Below are positions 40,309 to 52,804 of a stretch of DNA of 64,000 bases, one piece after another (position 1 is the stretch's first letter; each line of letters opens with the position of its first letter). Both the position numbers and the translations under genes were made by a program. Origin of the DNA: Octopus sinensis. Taxonomy: Eukaryota. The DNA is taken from contig NC_043019.1 in the NCBI RefSeq assembly GCF_006345805.1, positions 5,951,360 to 6,015,359 of the forward strand, read 5' to 3'. The notes beneath the pieces were generated by a model. It was not told the DNA's origin. It did not search any database and saw nothing but the letters and a program-made list of their open reading frames with translations.

Positions 40309-40640
40309 CGGACAGACACACAGACAGACACACAGACAGACACATACATACAAACATGTTTGTTTTGATGTTTAGTTACAATAAAAGCAATTTTTCATTA
40401 ATCTGAGGAATTACTCTATACTTTTGTTCAGTACAGATTTATTATTCTCAAACAAGAATCTTGTTGAGAGTGACTTCGAAATTAAGCCCTATGATGGCTT
40501 AACTTGCCGAAACTTCGAAGTCATACCAACAATGTGCATGTGTGTGTGCGCGCGCGCGTGCAGAGATGAGAAGAACTAATTAACTGCTGAATAAAACACG
40601 ATATAATCCCTCCTTCCTTTATTATAAACTCATTATATAC

Positions 40641-41047
40641 TCTTTACTCTCTTTTACTCTTTTACTTGTTTCAGTCATTTGACTGCGGCCATGCTGGAGC
40701 ACCGCCTTTAGTCGAGCAAATCGACCCCGGGACTTATTCTTTGTAAGCCCAGTACTTATTCTATCGGTCTCTTTTGCCGAACCGCTAAGTAACGGGGACG
40801 TAAACACACCAGCATCATTTGTCAAGCAATGCTCGGGGGACAAACACAGACACACAAACACACACGCACATATATACTTATATACGACAGGCTTCTTTCA
40901 GTTTCCGTCTACCAAATCCACTCACAAGGCTTTGGTCGGCCCGAGGTCATAGTAGAAGATACTTGCCTAAGGTGCCACGCAGTGGGACTGAACCCGGAAC
41001 CATGTGGTTGGTAAGCAAGCTACTTACCACACAGCCACTCCTACGCC
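40641..41047 (-). mobile_element. SINE family A
   Basis: Full-length reverse-complement match. Confidence 0.9.
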
Positions 41048-41299
41048 TATATATTCATTATATATATAATAGGGAATATAATTCCAAACTTACAGGGAAA
41101 AATTCAATTTAGAAATTCTAAATCAAATTTCACAATATATGATATATGTATATAAATTAAGTTTATTTAATTAATTAATTTATTGATTTTTTGAAAATTT
41201 ACTATAGTATATTTAATTTTTTTCTATATGGTGTAGATAATGTCTTTCACTATTGAATTACTTAATAGAGGTTATTTCTCTTAATATATTATTTATATA

Positions 41300-41386
<87 letters not shown>

Positions 41387-41512
41387 TATATTATATAATA
41401 GAAATATTAAAATAACTAAGTCTCTCTAAAAGAGACAGCGGCCTCATGGAGCTAATAAGCGGACAGCTTTTTTCTTATTTTTATAAGAATGCCATATTAG
41501 TATGGCGATAAC

Positions 41513-41576
<64 letters not shown>

Positions 41577-41799
41577 GGATAAAGCTCCATTGGCTAGAAA
41601 CCACTTACCCATACCAGAATTAGATTGTCCTCATGCAGGACAATCACACTATATGAATAAATGGTATAATATATATAACGGAACCACCATAAGCTAAGTT
41701 CAACTTTACTGAGAACAAGAGTTTCACTGAAGAACAACATAGAACCTCAAGAACACAAGATATAAAAGGTTCAAAATCAGTTAACAATCAGGAAAAGTA

Positions 41800-42458
41800 T
41801 ACGCCCATCATCTGACCTGCTGCCGGACGGATATCATTTTTTTCGCCTCCTGAGCGGTACTTCTCAATCCGCAGTGTCAATGACGCCAAACGCATAATCA
41901 GTGCCTGAGAATTAATAGACAAGAAACAAAAGTTCATATCCAACATCAATAAAGCAAGGACTAGGACCAGGTGACGAATAATCTTATCTTTGACAATAAC
42001 TTCATCAAAATAATCCGGGCACTTATATGAAGATATAATCAGTGCAGTTCTCCTGATTACTAACATCGAAGAATTTTTCAGGCAAACACTGTGTTCGACT
42101 AGGGTTTCACCTCTCCTGCCAGTGGTTTTTAACACCTTCCGAAAGAATATCATGCAGGAGACGCTCCAAGACTTCCAGCCGTTGGTCTTCATTGGAGGAT
42201 GGCCTATTTCCTACCCGCGCCTGGCTGAAGATATTGACCTCTTAGGGTGCAGTGAAGCAGAAATCCAGGAGCTAACCACCAGTCTGTAAAAAGTATCAGG
42301 AGCATATGGAATGGCGATCAGCCGAGAAAAGAGCAAGATCCTGAACTGTTAAGTTACGGGGAAGTAAGCACACCAACAGCGGCTGCCGAGCGATGGTGAG
42401 AGGGGGACAAACGCAGACAAACCACACCACACACACACACACACACACAACACCACAC

Positions 42459-42503
<45 letters not shown>

Positions 42504-42508
42504 CGTAT

Positions 42509-42539
<31 letters not shown>

Positions 42540-43235
42540 GTAACAACCAGGACACTGCAACCAATATCTTGCTGAATAGGGAGAGATTTGATGAAGTGGA
42601 CAATTTCAAGGATATAAGATTCACTTTAATCAAGAAGAGCAGTTCTCAGAAGGAGATAACAAGACTTAGTTTCGCCTCTCTGCTGCCACGATGAAGCTGA
42701 ACAGCATATGGAAATGCAACTCCATTAGTTTTTCACTGAAGCTCAAAGTGAACAAGTCCCTGGTAACTTCGATTCTTCCGCATTGGTGTGAGAGAGAGTC
42801 TCTTATAGCTGACATAGAACAAAGAACCCCGTATTTTGTGGACAAGTGCTTCAGAAAGCTGCTACGCATCTCATACACAGGACACAAAATGGACGGATTT
42901 GTCAGGCAGCAAACCAATAAATATACTAGCAGACAGGAACCTCTCCTTGCACAGGTAAAAAAAAAATCAAAAGCTTACCTGGTACGTTCACGTATCCCAC
43001 CACAACTCCCTATTCAAAGCCATTCTTCATGGCACAGATGTTGAAGAGTGGAAGAGATGCAGGCAAAGAAACTTTTTCCTTGACAGCATCAAGTATTGCA
43101 CAGATTACAACATCGCCACATTGCTCCCTGCTACGCGTGAAAGAGAACAGAGACCAGTGGCGACTGTAAAGGTGTCTGGAGTGGAACTCCAACGACTGGC
43201 GGCACCAAACAAGAGAACTTGATGGTGATTACCAG
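41800..43235 (+). mobile_element. Decayed RTE-clade LINE (RT to 3' end), split by a SINE A fragment at about 42350-42540
   Basis: Across frameshifts: EEFFRQ..VRLG..SPLLPVVFNTFRKNIMQETLQDF..PRLAEDIDLLGCSEAEIQELTT (degenerate FADD), MKLNSIWKCNSISFSLKLKV, KCFRKLLRISY. Confidence 0.85.
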
Positions 43236-43415
43236 GTGTTAGAATAATTCGTTTTGACATATTAGAGACTAAAGTTTCTAAGCCATTTAGAAAGCTCTTT
43301 CAATAAAGTGGATTCAAAATTTGTACCCGTGTCCCTGAATAAATAGGTATTCGAACTTCGCGTTCCTTCGGGGTGTGAAGACTAATATACTGCGTAATAT
43401 TAGCATATTGGACAT

Positions 43416-43836
43416 TTACTCTTTTACTCTCTTTTACTCTTTTACTTGTTTCAGTCATTTGACTGCGGCCATGCTGGAGCACCGCCTTTAGTCGAGCAAA
43501 TCGACCCCGGGACTTATTCTTTGTAAGCCCAGTACTTATTCTATCGGTCTCTTTTTGCCGAACCGCTAAGTGACGGGGACGTAAACACACCAGCATCGGT
43601 TGTCAAGCAATGCTAGGGGGACAAACACACACACACAAACACACACACATACACATATATATGTACATATATACGACAGGCTTCTTTCAGTTTCCTTCTA
43701 CCGAATTCATTCACAAGGCATTGGTCGGCCCGGGGCTATAGCAGAAGACACTTGCCCAAGATGCCACGCAGTGGGACTGAACCCGAAACCATGTGGTTGG
43801 TTAGCAAGCTACTTACCACACAGCCACTCCTGCGCC
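43416..43836 (-). mobile_element. SINE family A
   Basis: Full-length reverse-complement match. Confidence 0.9.
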
Positions 43837-44685
43837 TTTTCAAACATTTATATGTGTCCGCCTCATTTTCATTGAAGATAGAGAGGCTACAAAAACAGAA
43901 TCATGACAGACAATGTGAGGAGAAAGAGAGAGTGAGAGACAGAAACAGAGAAGGAAAACAAGAAAGAAGCGGCCAAAACAAACATAGATAAATATATAGA
44001 CAGAAGTTTGTACAAAGAGGATGAAAACTAACATTTTATAGCTGCTTTGAACTGAATTGGAACAACTCACCACAGGATTGGTTGACATTTATTAGTTTTG
44101 CATCGAGGATTATTTTTATAATTATATATATTAATATTTTCTTTTTGATCCTTTCGATCACTGAATAATTGATAAATATATTTACAGTCAGGGAAAAATA
44201 TTTCCCGTATAGTCAACTGGGGAGTATTGTGATAGGGAAAAAAAAAACACTTAATATAGATTCAATAATTTCATTAGGTTAAAATACTATGAGAGAGTTT
44301 CTGTTTTGTGTTTTGCGTATCGACTGCAAATGAATAATAAACATTCATAATGAGCTTTAATTCATTAAAATAATATCAACAGTAATTGCTGTCTTTTCTT
44401 GGATGGTATGTCAACTTTGGAGAAGTTTTGATTTTTGAGATTGTCTTCCTTCTTTGTAGAGAACCAGTCTGGATTGCGATTTGGTAATTGCGACACACCA
44501 TTTGGAGACAAAAATAGTTTTATAAAACAATAATTTATGTTATACTGCATTTGGTGTATGCATACCTCAGGCACAATTGTGACACCTGGATTTTACCTTT
44601 TGGATTTTAGATTGCGCAGAGCTGCCTTCGTAATTAAATAGTTTTCCATTAGCATTTTGCTGAATCAGCCATAAGCTCATATGTC

Positions 44686-44900
44686 TTTACTTTTTTACTC
44701 TTTTACTTGTTGCGGTCGTTTGACTGTGGCCATGCTGGAGCACCGCCTTTAGTCGAGCAAATCGACCCCAGGACTTATTCTTTGTAAGCCTAGTACTTAT
44801 TCTATCGGTCTCTTTCGCCGAACCGCTAAATTACGAGGACATAAATACACCAGCATCGGTTGTCAAGCGATGTTGGGGGGGACAAAACACAGACGCACAA

Positions 44901-44977
<77 letters not shown>

Positions 44978-45155
44978 ATATATATCATATATACGACGGG
45001 CTTCTTTCAGTTTCCGTCTACCAATCCACTCACAAGGCTTTGCTCGGCCCGAGGTTATAGTAGAAGACAGTTGCCCAGGTGACACGCAGTGGGACTGAAC
45101 CCGGAACCATGTGGTTGGTAAGCAAGCTACTTACCACACAGCCACTCCTACACCT
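44686..45155 (-). mobile_element. SINE family A
   Basis: Full-length reverse-complement match. Confidence 0.9.
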
Positions 45156-45473
45156 ATGGTAAATATATATAGGGACCATCAGAATTTAGCCAAACCATCC
45201 AGTGATGGAGAGGTCGCTACTGATGAGCTGTAATTTCAAGTGAAACTAGACGAGTATAGTGATCCCGCTCGATGTGGAACAGTTATCTCGCCTGTCAGTA
45301 TATGAAAATGTGCTTTCTTGCGGCTCTAAGGGAGTTTTAACTCTTATTTCTAGCAATATAGGCGCTACCCTGCACCCTCAGTCGCAATTAGTGGCAACTG
45401 AATTTTTCCGTTTCAGTTTTATGTTGCTTATAGCTGCCTTCGTTATTATATGTGTATATGTGTAAGAGTGTGT

Positions 45474-45551
<78 letters not shown>

Positions 45552-45603
45552 ATTTATGTATGTATATGTAAGAAATTGTGATGACAAACGAATAAATAAC
45601 TAT

Positions 45604-45771
45604 ATTATGAACTTAATTAGCTTACAGTTGTTTCGGCTGTAAAGTTCAATGCACTCATAGTCTGAAGCACCGATGAAGCTTATAGTGATATTCAAGCACT
45701 CAGCTATGAGTGCATTGCACCTTACATCCGAAACGGCTGTAAGCTAACGAAGTTCATAACGCAATCGTTTA
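45604..45771. mobile_element. Older foldback with degenerate HHR-like arms
   Basis: ttatgaactt..agcttacag..tttcgg..caatgcactcatag vs ctatgagtgcattg..ccgaaacggctgtaagct..aagttcataa. Confidence 0.6.
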
Positions 45772-45897
45772 TTCCTTTGTCAATCCAATATGCTTATTAC
45801 TCTGCACTCGACTAACGCTTTGTTCTGAAGCATGTGTATATTGAGTTCTAACACCAACTTATTAATATCGTAATGCCTAAACGATATATATATATAT

Positions 45898-46182
45898 AAT
45901 TGCAGCGTGGAAGGTGTTTGTAAGCCATTTAAGAAACGCACAAAAACCGTTCGATTCACTTCAACATTTAAGTTTAATTTGTCAAAATATTTTCGTCGCT
46001 AAAATCCGCGACCTGTTCACTAACAAAAATCTGTGCTGCATCTGAGAAATAGTTTGTCAGTGAACAGGTCGCGGATTTTAGCGACGAAAATATTTTGACA
46101 AATTAAACTTAAATGTTGAAGTGAATCAAACGGTTTTTGTGTGTTTCTTAAATGGCTTACAAACACCTTCCACGCTGCAATT
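45898..46182. mobile_element. Foldback element (about 125-bp near-identical arms) with G3-C8 hammerheads
   Basis: 45898-46027 is the reverse complement of 46053-46182. Confidence 0.85.
46053..46102 (+). ncRNA. Type I hammerhead fold with G3-C8 core (GUGAACA); mirror copy 45978-46027 on the minus strand
   Basis: UUUGUCA-GUGAACA-G-GUCGC(GGAUUUUA)GCGAC-GAA-AAUAUU-U^UGACAAA. Confidence 0.7.
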
Positions 46183-46223
46183 GTTTTCGTTCCAGCACAC
46201 GATCTCAGATCAAATCACTTGCT

Positions 46224-46630
46224 ATGCGAGTAGGAGTGGCTGTGTGGTAAGTAGCTTGTCTACCAACCACATGGTTGCGGGTTCAGTCCCACTGCGTGGC
46301 ACCTTGGGCAAGTGTCTTCTACTATAGCCTCGGGCCGACCAAAGCCTTGTGAGTGGATTTGGTAGACGGAAACTGAAAGAAGCCCGTCGTATATATGTAT
46401 ATATATGTATGCGAGTGTGTATTTGTGTGTCTGTGTTTGTCCCCTAGCATTGCTTGACAACCGATGCTGGTGTGCTTATGTCCCCGTTACTTAGCGGTTC
46501 GGCAAAAGAGACCGATAGAATAAGTACTGGGCTTACAAAAGAATAAGTCCCGGGGTCGAGTTGCTCGACTAAAGGTGGTGCTCCAGCATGGCCGCAGTCA
46601 AATGACTGAAACAAGTAAAAGAAAGAAAAG
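46224..46630 (+). mobile_element. SINE family A
   Basis: Full-length match. Confidence 0.9.
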
Positions 46631-46634
46631 AGAA

Positions 46635-46741
46635 TATATATATATATATACAGAGATAGACAGAGATAGACAGACAAGCAGACAGACAGACAGACAACAG
46701 ACAGACAGACAACAGACAGACAGACAGACAGACAGGCAGGC

Positions 46742-46774
<33 letters not shown>

Positions 46775-46807
46775 CAGACAGACAGACAGACATACAGATA
46801 GATAGAT

Positions 46808-46897
<90 letters not shown>

Positions 46898-46929
46898 CAG
46901 ATAGAGAGACAGATAGATAACAGATAGAT

Positions 46930-46994
<65 letters not shown>

Positions 46995-47086
46995 CAGATA
47001 TAGAGAGAGAGAGAGAGATAGATAGATAGATAGATAGACAGATAGAGAGATAGAGAGAGAGAGAGAGATAGATAGATCGATCGATC

Positions 47087-47145
<59 letters not shown>
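46635..47145. repeat. (CAGA)n/(GATA)n/(GA)n compound microsatellite
   Basis: Direct tandem repeats. Confidence 0.95.
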
Positions 47146-47147
<2 letters not shown>

Positions 47148-47276
47148 GGCCGCTCTCTGGGATTGCGCTGGGTTTCATGTTCATAAATCGCTTTCCTTGA
47201 CATCGTATCATTCGACCCTACACCTGTTGGCCTCCCTATATATAGAGAGAGAAAGGTTAAGATATAGAGGCCATAC

Positions 47277-47652
47277 ATAGGAGCAGGCGTGGCTGTGTGG
47301 TACGAAGCTCACTTCCCAACCACATGGTTCTGGATTCAGTCCCACTGCGTGGTACCTTGGGCAAGTGTCTTGTGAATGGATTTTGTAGACGGAAACTGAA
47401 AGGCTGTGTGTGTGTGTGTGTGTGTTTGTGTGTGTATTAGTATTATGCTTTTGTTTTCTCTCCCACCACTACTTGACAACCAGCGTCTTGTTTACGTGCC
47501 CGGAACTTAGCGGTTCGGTCAAAATGACCGATGGAATATTACCAGACATTAAAAAAGATAAATGCTGGAGTCGATTTGTTAAACTAAACCCTTCGATGTG
47601 GTGCCTCAACATGGCCGCAGGAAAATGACTGAAAGGAAGTAAAAGATAAAAG
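47277..47652 (+). mobile_element. SINE family A, diverged
   Basis: Same layout. Confidence 0.75.
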
Positions 47653-47759
47653 ATTAACTCATTCATAATTAATTGCAAGTATGTTGGTGAAAGCCATTCT
47701 CAAAGTATTCTTTACGTTGAATTCTAAGCAATACAAGAATAGCAGAGAAGGAAAACTAC

Positions 47760-48460
47760 CAAAGAATATTGAGAAGGCGAGTGATCGAATGTAAAATGGG
47801 AAAACTTATTCTAATCTTCAAAATACACTGACTGATCTCCTCAAAGCTGTTCAATCCTATTCCTTTGAGATCAATACAGCAGTTGATAAGGTTCTTCTCA
47901 CAAGATAGCTTGGAACACAGATTTTGTCTTCTTCATTGAAAAAGCTCGCCGTGAAACGAATGTGTCAGAATCCTGCTATCTTCCACACATTTAACATGGC
48001 GTAGCCATCGTAATCGACTCTTACGCAGGATGGATACTAAATTATATCAGTTGCACGAGCTGCAACACATCAATGTTGCGAATTTTAATTTCGCATGACA
48101 TGTTTAGGATTTTACAGAGGCTCAGTAACTGAAAAGAATTCAACCTTTTTTCGTGAATCTTATGTAATCCATGGATTCAGAAACATAATGCAATGTGCCG
48201 AGGATTTGTATTAATCACTTTGCTTTTCCATATTTTTTTATATAAATTTTCCGAAAGTTGCTGCTGCCTTGACTCGCCTAATATTGCTTTCTTCCTTTGA
48301 AATAGCAGTGATGTCACAGTCCAGTCCAAATAGAAGATGTAAGCAATTGTCAACACCAGCAAGGAGCACTACTTTCCTGTGATAAGATGTCTTCCAGGCG
48401 CTGATCATTTGTGAAAGCACTTTGTATACCGAGGAAAGTTTGTCAATGATTCTTTACAGG
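47760..48460 (-). mobile_element. Decayed RTE-clade LINE 3' fragment
   Basis: Across frameshifts: KIWKSKVINT..SESMDY..RLNSFQL..CKILNM..KIRNIDVL..SILRKSRLRWLRHVKCVEDSRI..FHGEL. Confidence 0.8.
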
Positions 48461-48489
48461 TTAATCCCCTATGACCAACTGACACACGT

Positions 48490-48536
<47 letters not shown>

Positions 48537-48540
48537 ATAA

Positions 48541-48579
<39 letters not shown>

Positions 48580-48632
48580 CATACATACATACATACATAC
48601 ATACATACATACATACATACATACATACATAC

Positions 48633-49005
48633 ATGGCCCAGTGGTTAGGGCAGCGGACTCGCGGTCGTAGGATCGCAGGTTTCGATTCCCAGACCGGCCG
48701 TTGTGAGTGTTTATTGAGCGAAAACACCTAAGCTCCACGAGGCTCCGGCAGGGGATGGTGGTGATCCCTGCTGTACTCTTTCACCACAACTTTCTCTCAC
48801 TCTTACTTCCTGTTTCTGTTGTACCTGTATTTCAAAGGGCCGGCCTTGTCACTCTCTGTGTCACGCTGAATATCCCCGAGAACTACGTTAAGGGTACACG
48901 TGTCTGTGGAGTGCTCAGCCACTTACACGTTAATTTCACGAGCAGGCTGTTCCGTTGATTGGATCAACCGCAACCTTCGTCGTCGTAACCGACGGTGTGC
49001 TTCCA
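48633..49005 (+). mobile_element. tRNA-derived SINE group C
   Basis: tggcccagtggttagggcagcggactcgcggtcgtaggatcgcaggtttcgattccc head; same head as 20686. Confidence 0.85.
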
Positions 49006-49022
49006 CCACACACATACATACA

Positions 49023-49056
<34 letters not shown>

Positions 49057-49291
49057 CATACATACATATAAATGCACATTTGTATGTGTGTGCGTGAATA
49101 TATATTTGCATGCATAAAGTATATACATAGTTATCCATATATATATAAACACACTTTGGTATTTTTACCGAGTTTTTTCTTGAGAACATATTCTTCGTGG
49201 AAAATGGCGATTTTGACGTCTATAAAGGCTGTCCACTTTTAGTGGTCAGTCCTCTAAATTTTGTATGTATATATATATATATATATATATA

Positions 49292-49752
49292 ATATATGAA
49301 AAAACAAGTCAAAAATAGAAAATGCTAAGATAATTTTATAGTGAATCTTTCAGTACCGGTTTCGGTCATTTTGAGACCTTTTCAACTGTAACGATTAAAT
49401 AATTAAAGTTAGAAAAATTAGAAGAAAAGTTTTTTTAAAAGAATATTTCTATAGTAGTGTTCAGATTTAAGTAGCATTCTGCCTTTCTCTGACTCCCTTG
49501 TTTGCACTTGTGTGTTCGGGGTCGTTGTGAGTGTCGTTGTGTTCGGGGTCGTTGTGAGAAAGGCAGAATCCTACTTATATCTGAACACTACTATAGAAAT
49601 ATTCTTTTAAAAAAACTTTTCTTCTAATTTTTCTAAATTTAATTATTTAATCGTTACAGTTGAAAAGGTCTCAAAATGACCGAAACCGGTACTGAAAGAT
49701 TCACTATAAAATTATCTTAGCATTTTCTATTTTTGACTTGTTTTTCATATAT
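49292..49752. mobile_element. Foldback element (about 195-bp arms, about 70-bp spacer) with U3-A8 hammerheads
   Basis: 49292-49488 is the near-perfect reverse complement of 49556-49752. Confidence 0.85.
49654..49697 (+). ncRNA. Minimal hammerhead fold with U3-A8 core (UUGAAAA); mirror copy 49351-49388 on the minus strand
   Basis: CAG-UUGAAAA-GGUC(UCAAAAU)GACC-GAA-ACCGGU-A^CUG. Confidence 0.65.
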
Positions 49753-49780
49753 ATCAACTCGTGTGTTCCTTTCCACCCTT

Positions 49781-49821
<41 letters not shown>

Positions 49822-49835
49822 TATATATATATATC

Positions 49836-49897
<62 letters not shown>

Positions 49898-50577
49898 CAC
49901 ACACTCATTACATATCTATTATTGACAGACGAAACGTTATGTTACAACCTTCCAATTTATTTGCTTCTTTTGTTTCGTCACCTTCTTCATTCCTTTAAGG
50001 CCAATCTGACAGCAAGTGTCTCTGCCACTAAAACAGGACACTATCTCTGTGACAACAGCTGTGCAACAGCTTCTCGACAAACACTATACTGTTGCTAAGC
50101 TCTGCTCAATCCTCAAGTTATTCCCTTCATAAACCGACTCCGTTTGAAATAAATTAAAAGATAAAATATATAAACGAGAGTCAATGAACAAGAAACAAAA
50201 GAAAACCGGCATATTTGTGTGGTTAAGGATTTGGCTTCGCAACCGCAGAGTTCCGGGTTCGATCTCATTACAGGACACTTTGGACATGTTTAGTATGCAT
50301 AGGCTTAGATTTGGCTCATCCTTCCTTGCGAATAGAATTCGGTAAACTAAAATTACGAGGTAAAGAAATATGCAAGCAATGCATTTGAAAGCTATTATGA
50401 CCTGGTGGCTTGTGCACACTTTTGCTAACTGCTTTAGGGATCGGTGTGGTTGCGAGTTGATATAGACACCCTCAAGGACCTCCCTCCTTTGACCAAGAAG
50501 ACCCTCGAAGATAATGACAAATGGAGGGAGAGATTGCTTATCCAGAAGCTGACGAGTGCACATTTTAAGCTGAGAAG

Positions 50578-51120
50578 TTTTTCACGTTTGAGAAAAATAA
50601 ATCAAATCTTCTTCTGCTGGATTTTTCAGTTTGTTTAAGAGCCTTTTATGTCTGATGTAGTGATTTTCTTTTGCTTTTGCTGACAAATTGACTTTTCTTC
50701 ATCTTATATCTGATGTCTTCGTGGACAACATTTCTAACTGTTCCTTTTGGAGATATTTTGCAATTGACCTCATGGACTTTCTGGGATTGTAATCAATGGT
50801 CTGTTGAACTTGCTGGATAAATTCAAGTGTTCTGATTATTTCAGAGCGTTTAGAAGGCTTTTTAAGCTTTGATACTGGTGATACGCTTCCATCTTCAGTC
50901 TCTAGATCCTTGCAAACTTTGTAGACGAACGATTTGGCAACTTTTAAAACTCGAGATATTTCTAAACTAATATGCTCCGCCTTTATAACCAGAATAACAT
51001 TTCTTGAGTAAGCTGAGGGATTCCATTATTATTTTCTGAAACAAAAATTATACAGAGTTTGCAAAAAGTGCAGCAATGACCAAAAAAGGTATGGCCTCAA
51101 AATATCTTAGGCACCCTGTA
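50578..51120 (-). mobile_element. 5' half of a DD37D/maT-like Tc1/mariner transposon
   Basis: TIR end TACAGGGTG at 51120. Transposase N-terminus ..LEISRVLKVAKSFVYKV..IRTLEFIQQVQQTID.NPRKSMRSIAK..VVHEDIRYK..RLLNKLKNP..FFSNVKNF (degenerate FSDEK). Confidence 0.8.
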
Positions 51121-51491
51121 TATGTATACATATATACACACACTTATCTAGAAGCTGACTAGTGCACATTTTAAGCTGAGAAAACTTGAGCAGCGTGAAA
51201 TGGTATATCGTACTCGTGCATACAACAGTTCACCCTTTCCAGAAACCGAACTCATGACTCTATGATCGTGAGCCCCACACTCTAACTACTGGGCCACGCA
51301 CCTTCACACACACACACATCACATCACATGCTTACCAGAAGACTAAAGAAGACTAAAGACTAAAGACTAAAGACTAAAGAAGACTAAAGAAGAGATGTTT
51401 TGTGAAGCAAGTTCCTTGTGCAGTTCTTTCCGTCCACGGTCAGTCTTTTGTCATCTCTTGTCATCACACAGTGGCAAACGCATAAATGTGT

Positions 51492-51538
<47 letters not shown>

Positions 51539-51934
51539 TGATATGTGTGTGTGTGGTGTGTGTGTGTGTGTGTGTGTGAATGCAGCACATTCACGCAATC
51601 CTGTGCTACTTCTCATCAGACAGTTCCTTTGTGCCACACAAGATAAAGAAACACTTGGTTCTGTGAGAAAAACAAAAGAATCTCTGCTTTTATTTCATTG
51701 TTTTCTTTCTTATAGATATTATTTTTTTTCTGTTGAAACTGACGTTGATAACATCGTGATAAGATTGTTGGAAAGGTGGAATCAACGGATGGATGGATCA
51801 CAGAACGATGAACAATAAAATAGAAAAACTCATCAAATAAAGATTGCTTCATATGTTCTTACGTTGAAGCGCAGCAAAGAAAATCATTTTCAGACTGATA
51901 AAGGGATATAAAACAAATTGATGTGAATAGATAA

Positions 51935-52191
51935 TGTGTAGTAGTAGTAGTAGTAGTATAGTAGTAGTAGTAGTGGTGGTGGTCGTGGTCGTGGTCGTGG
52001 TGGTCGTGGTCGTAGTCGTGGCGGTGGCGGTGGCGGTGGTGGTTGAGGTGGTGGTAGCGACGGTGGTGGTGGTGGTGGTGGTGGTGGTGGTGGTATTGGT
52101 GGTAGCGTCGGTGGTGGTGGTGGAGGTGGTGGTGGCGTTGGTGGCGTCGGTGGTGGTGGTGGTGGTGGTGGTGGTGGAGATGATGGTGGCG

Positions 52192-52250
<59 letters not shown>

Positions 52251-52465
52251 GGTGGTGGTGGTGGTGGTGGTGGTGGTGGTGGTGGTGGTGTGGTGGAGGT
52301 GGTGGTGGTGGTGGTGGTGGTGGTGGTGGGTGGTGGAGGTGGTGGAGGTGGTGGTGGTGGTGCTGGTGATGGTGATGCTGGTGGTGGTGCTGGTGGTGGC
52401 GGCGGCAGCGGCGGCGGCGAAGGCGACAGCAGTAGTAGTATAGTAGTAGTAGTAGTAGTAAATGA
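51935..52465. repeat. (GGT)n/(TAG)n/(GGC)n trinucleotide field
   Basis: Direct tandem repeats; source of the poly-P and poly-V ORFs. Confidence 0.95.
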
Positions 52466-52804
52466 GTAAATGTTGTTGCTATTCTTGTTGATGATAGTGT
52501 TGGTTGTTTTTGCTACTAGCATTTGTTGTGACTAAGTTATTCGCGATCAGCAAAACCGTCTCGTTGGTAGTAAGACGGGGTGGATGCAATACGGAATTTT
52601 TCAGTTTTTCCGGATATTCCATTTCTCTTACCTAGTAGGGGTGGAAAACATACCACGCGCTCGAAAGTGCAGTACTGCCCTGTATGAAGTGTAGTGAGAC
52701 TGTTTAGCATGTTGTTTTCCTACATAACCACTATCTCTTATGGGGTTCCTCTCATGGTATCTACCGCAGTATAGTTTGTTCTAACAGAACATCCATGTTT
52801 ATTG

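Noticed and set aside
45220-45250. CTGATGA...GAAAC
   Set aside because: Helix II is weak, and no helix I partner or NUH triplet can be formed.
22218-47278. Long IYLS/YIYI/HTHT/VCVC ORFs throughout the window
   Set aside because: Stop-free frames of (TATC)n, (AT)n and (AC)n repeats.
51890-52522. Poly-Pro / poly-Val ORFs (210 and 169 aa)
   Set aside because: Pure (GGT)n/(TAG)n microsatellite translations with no coding context.
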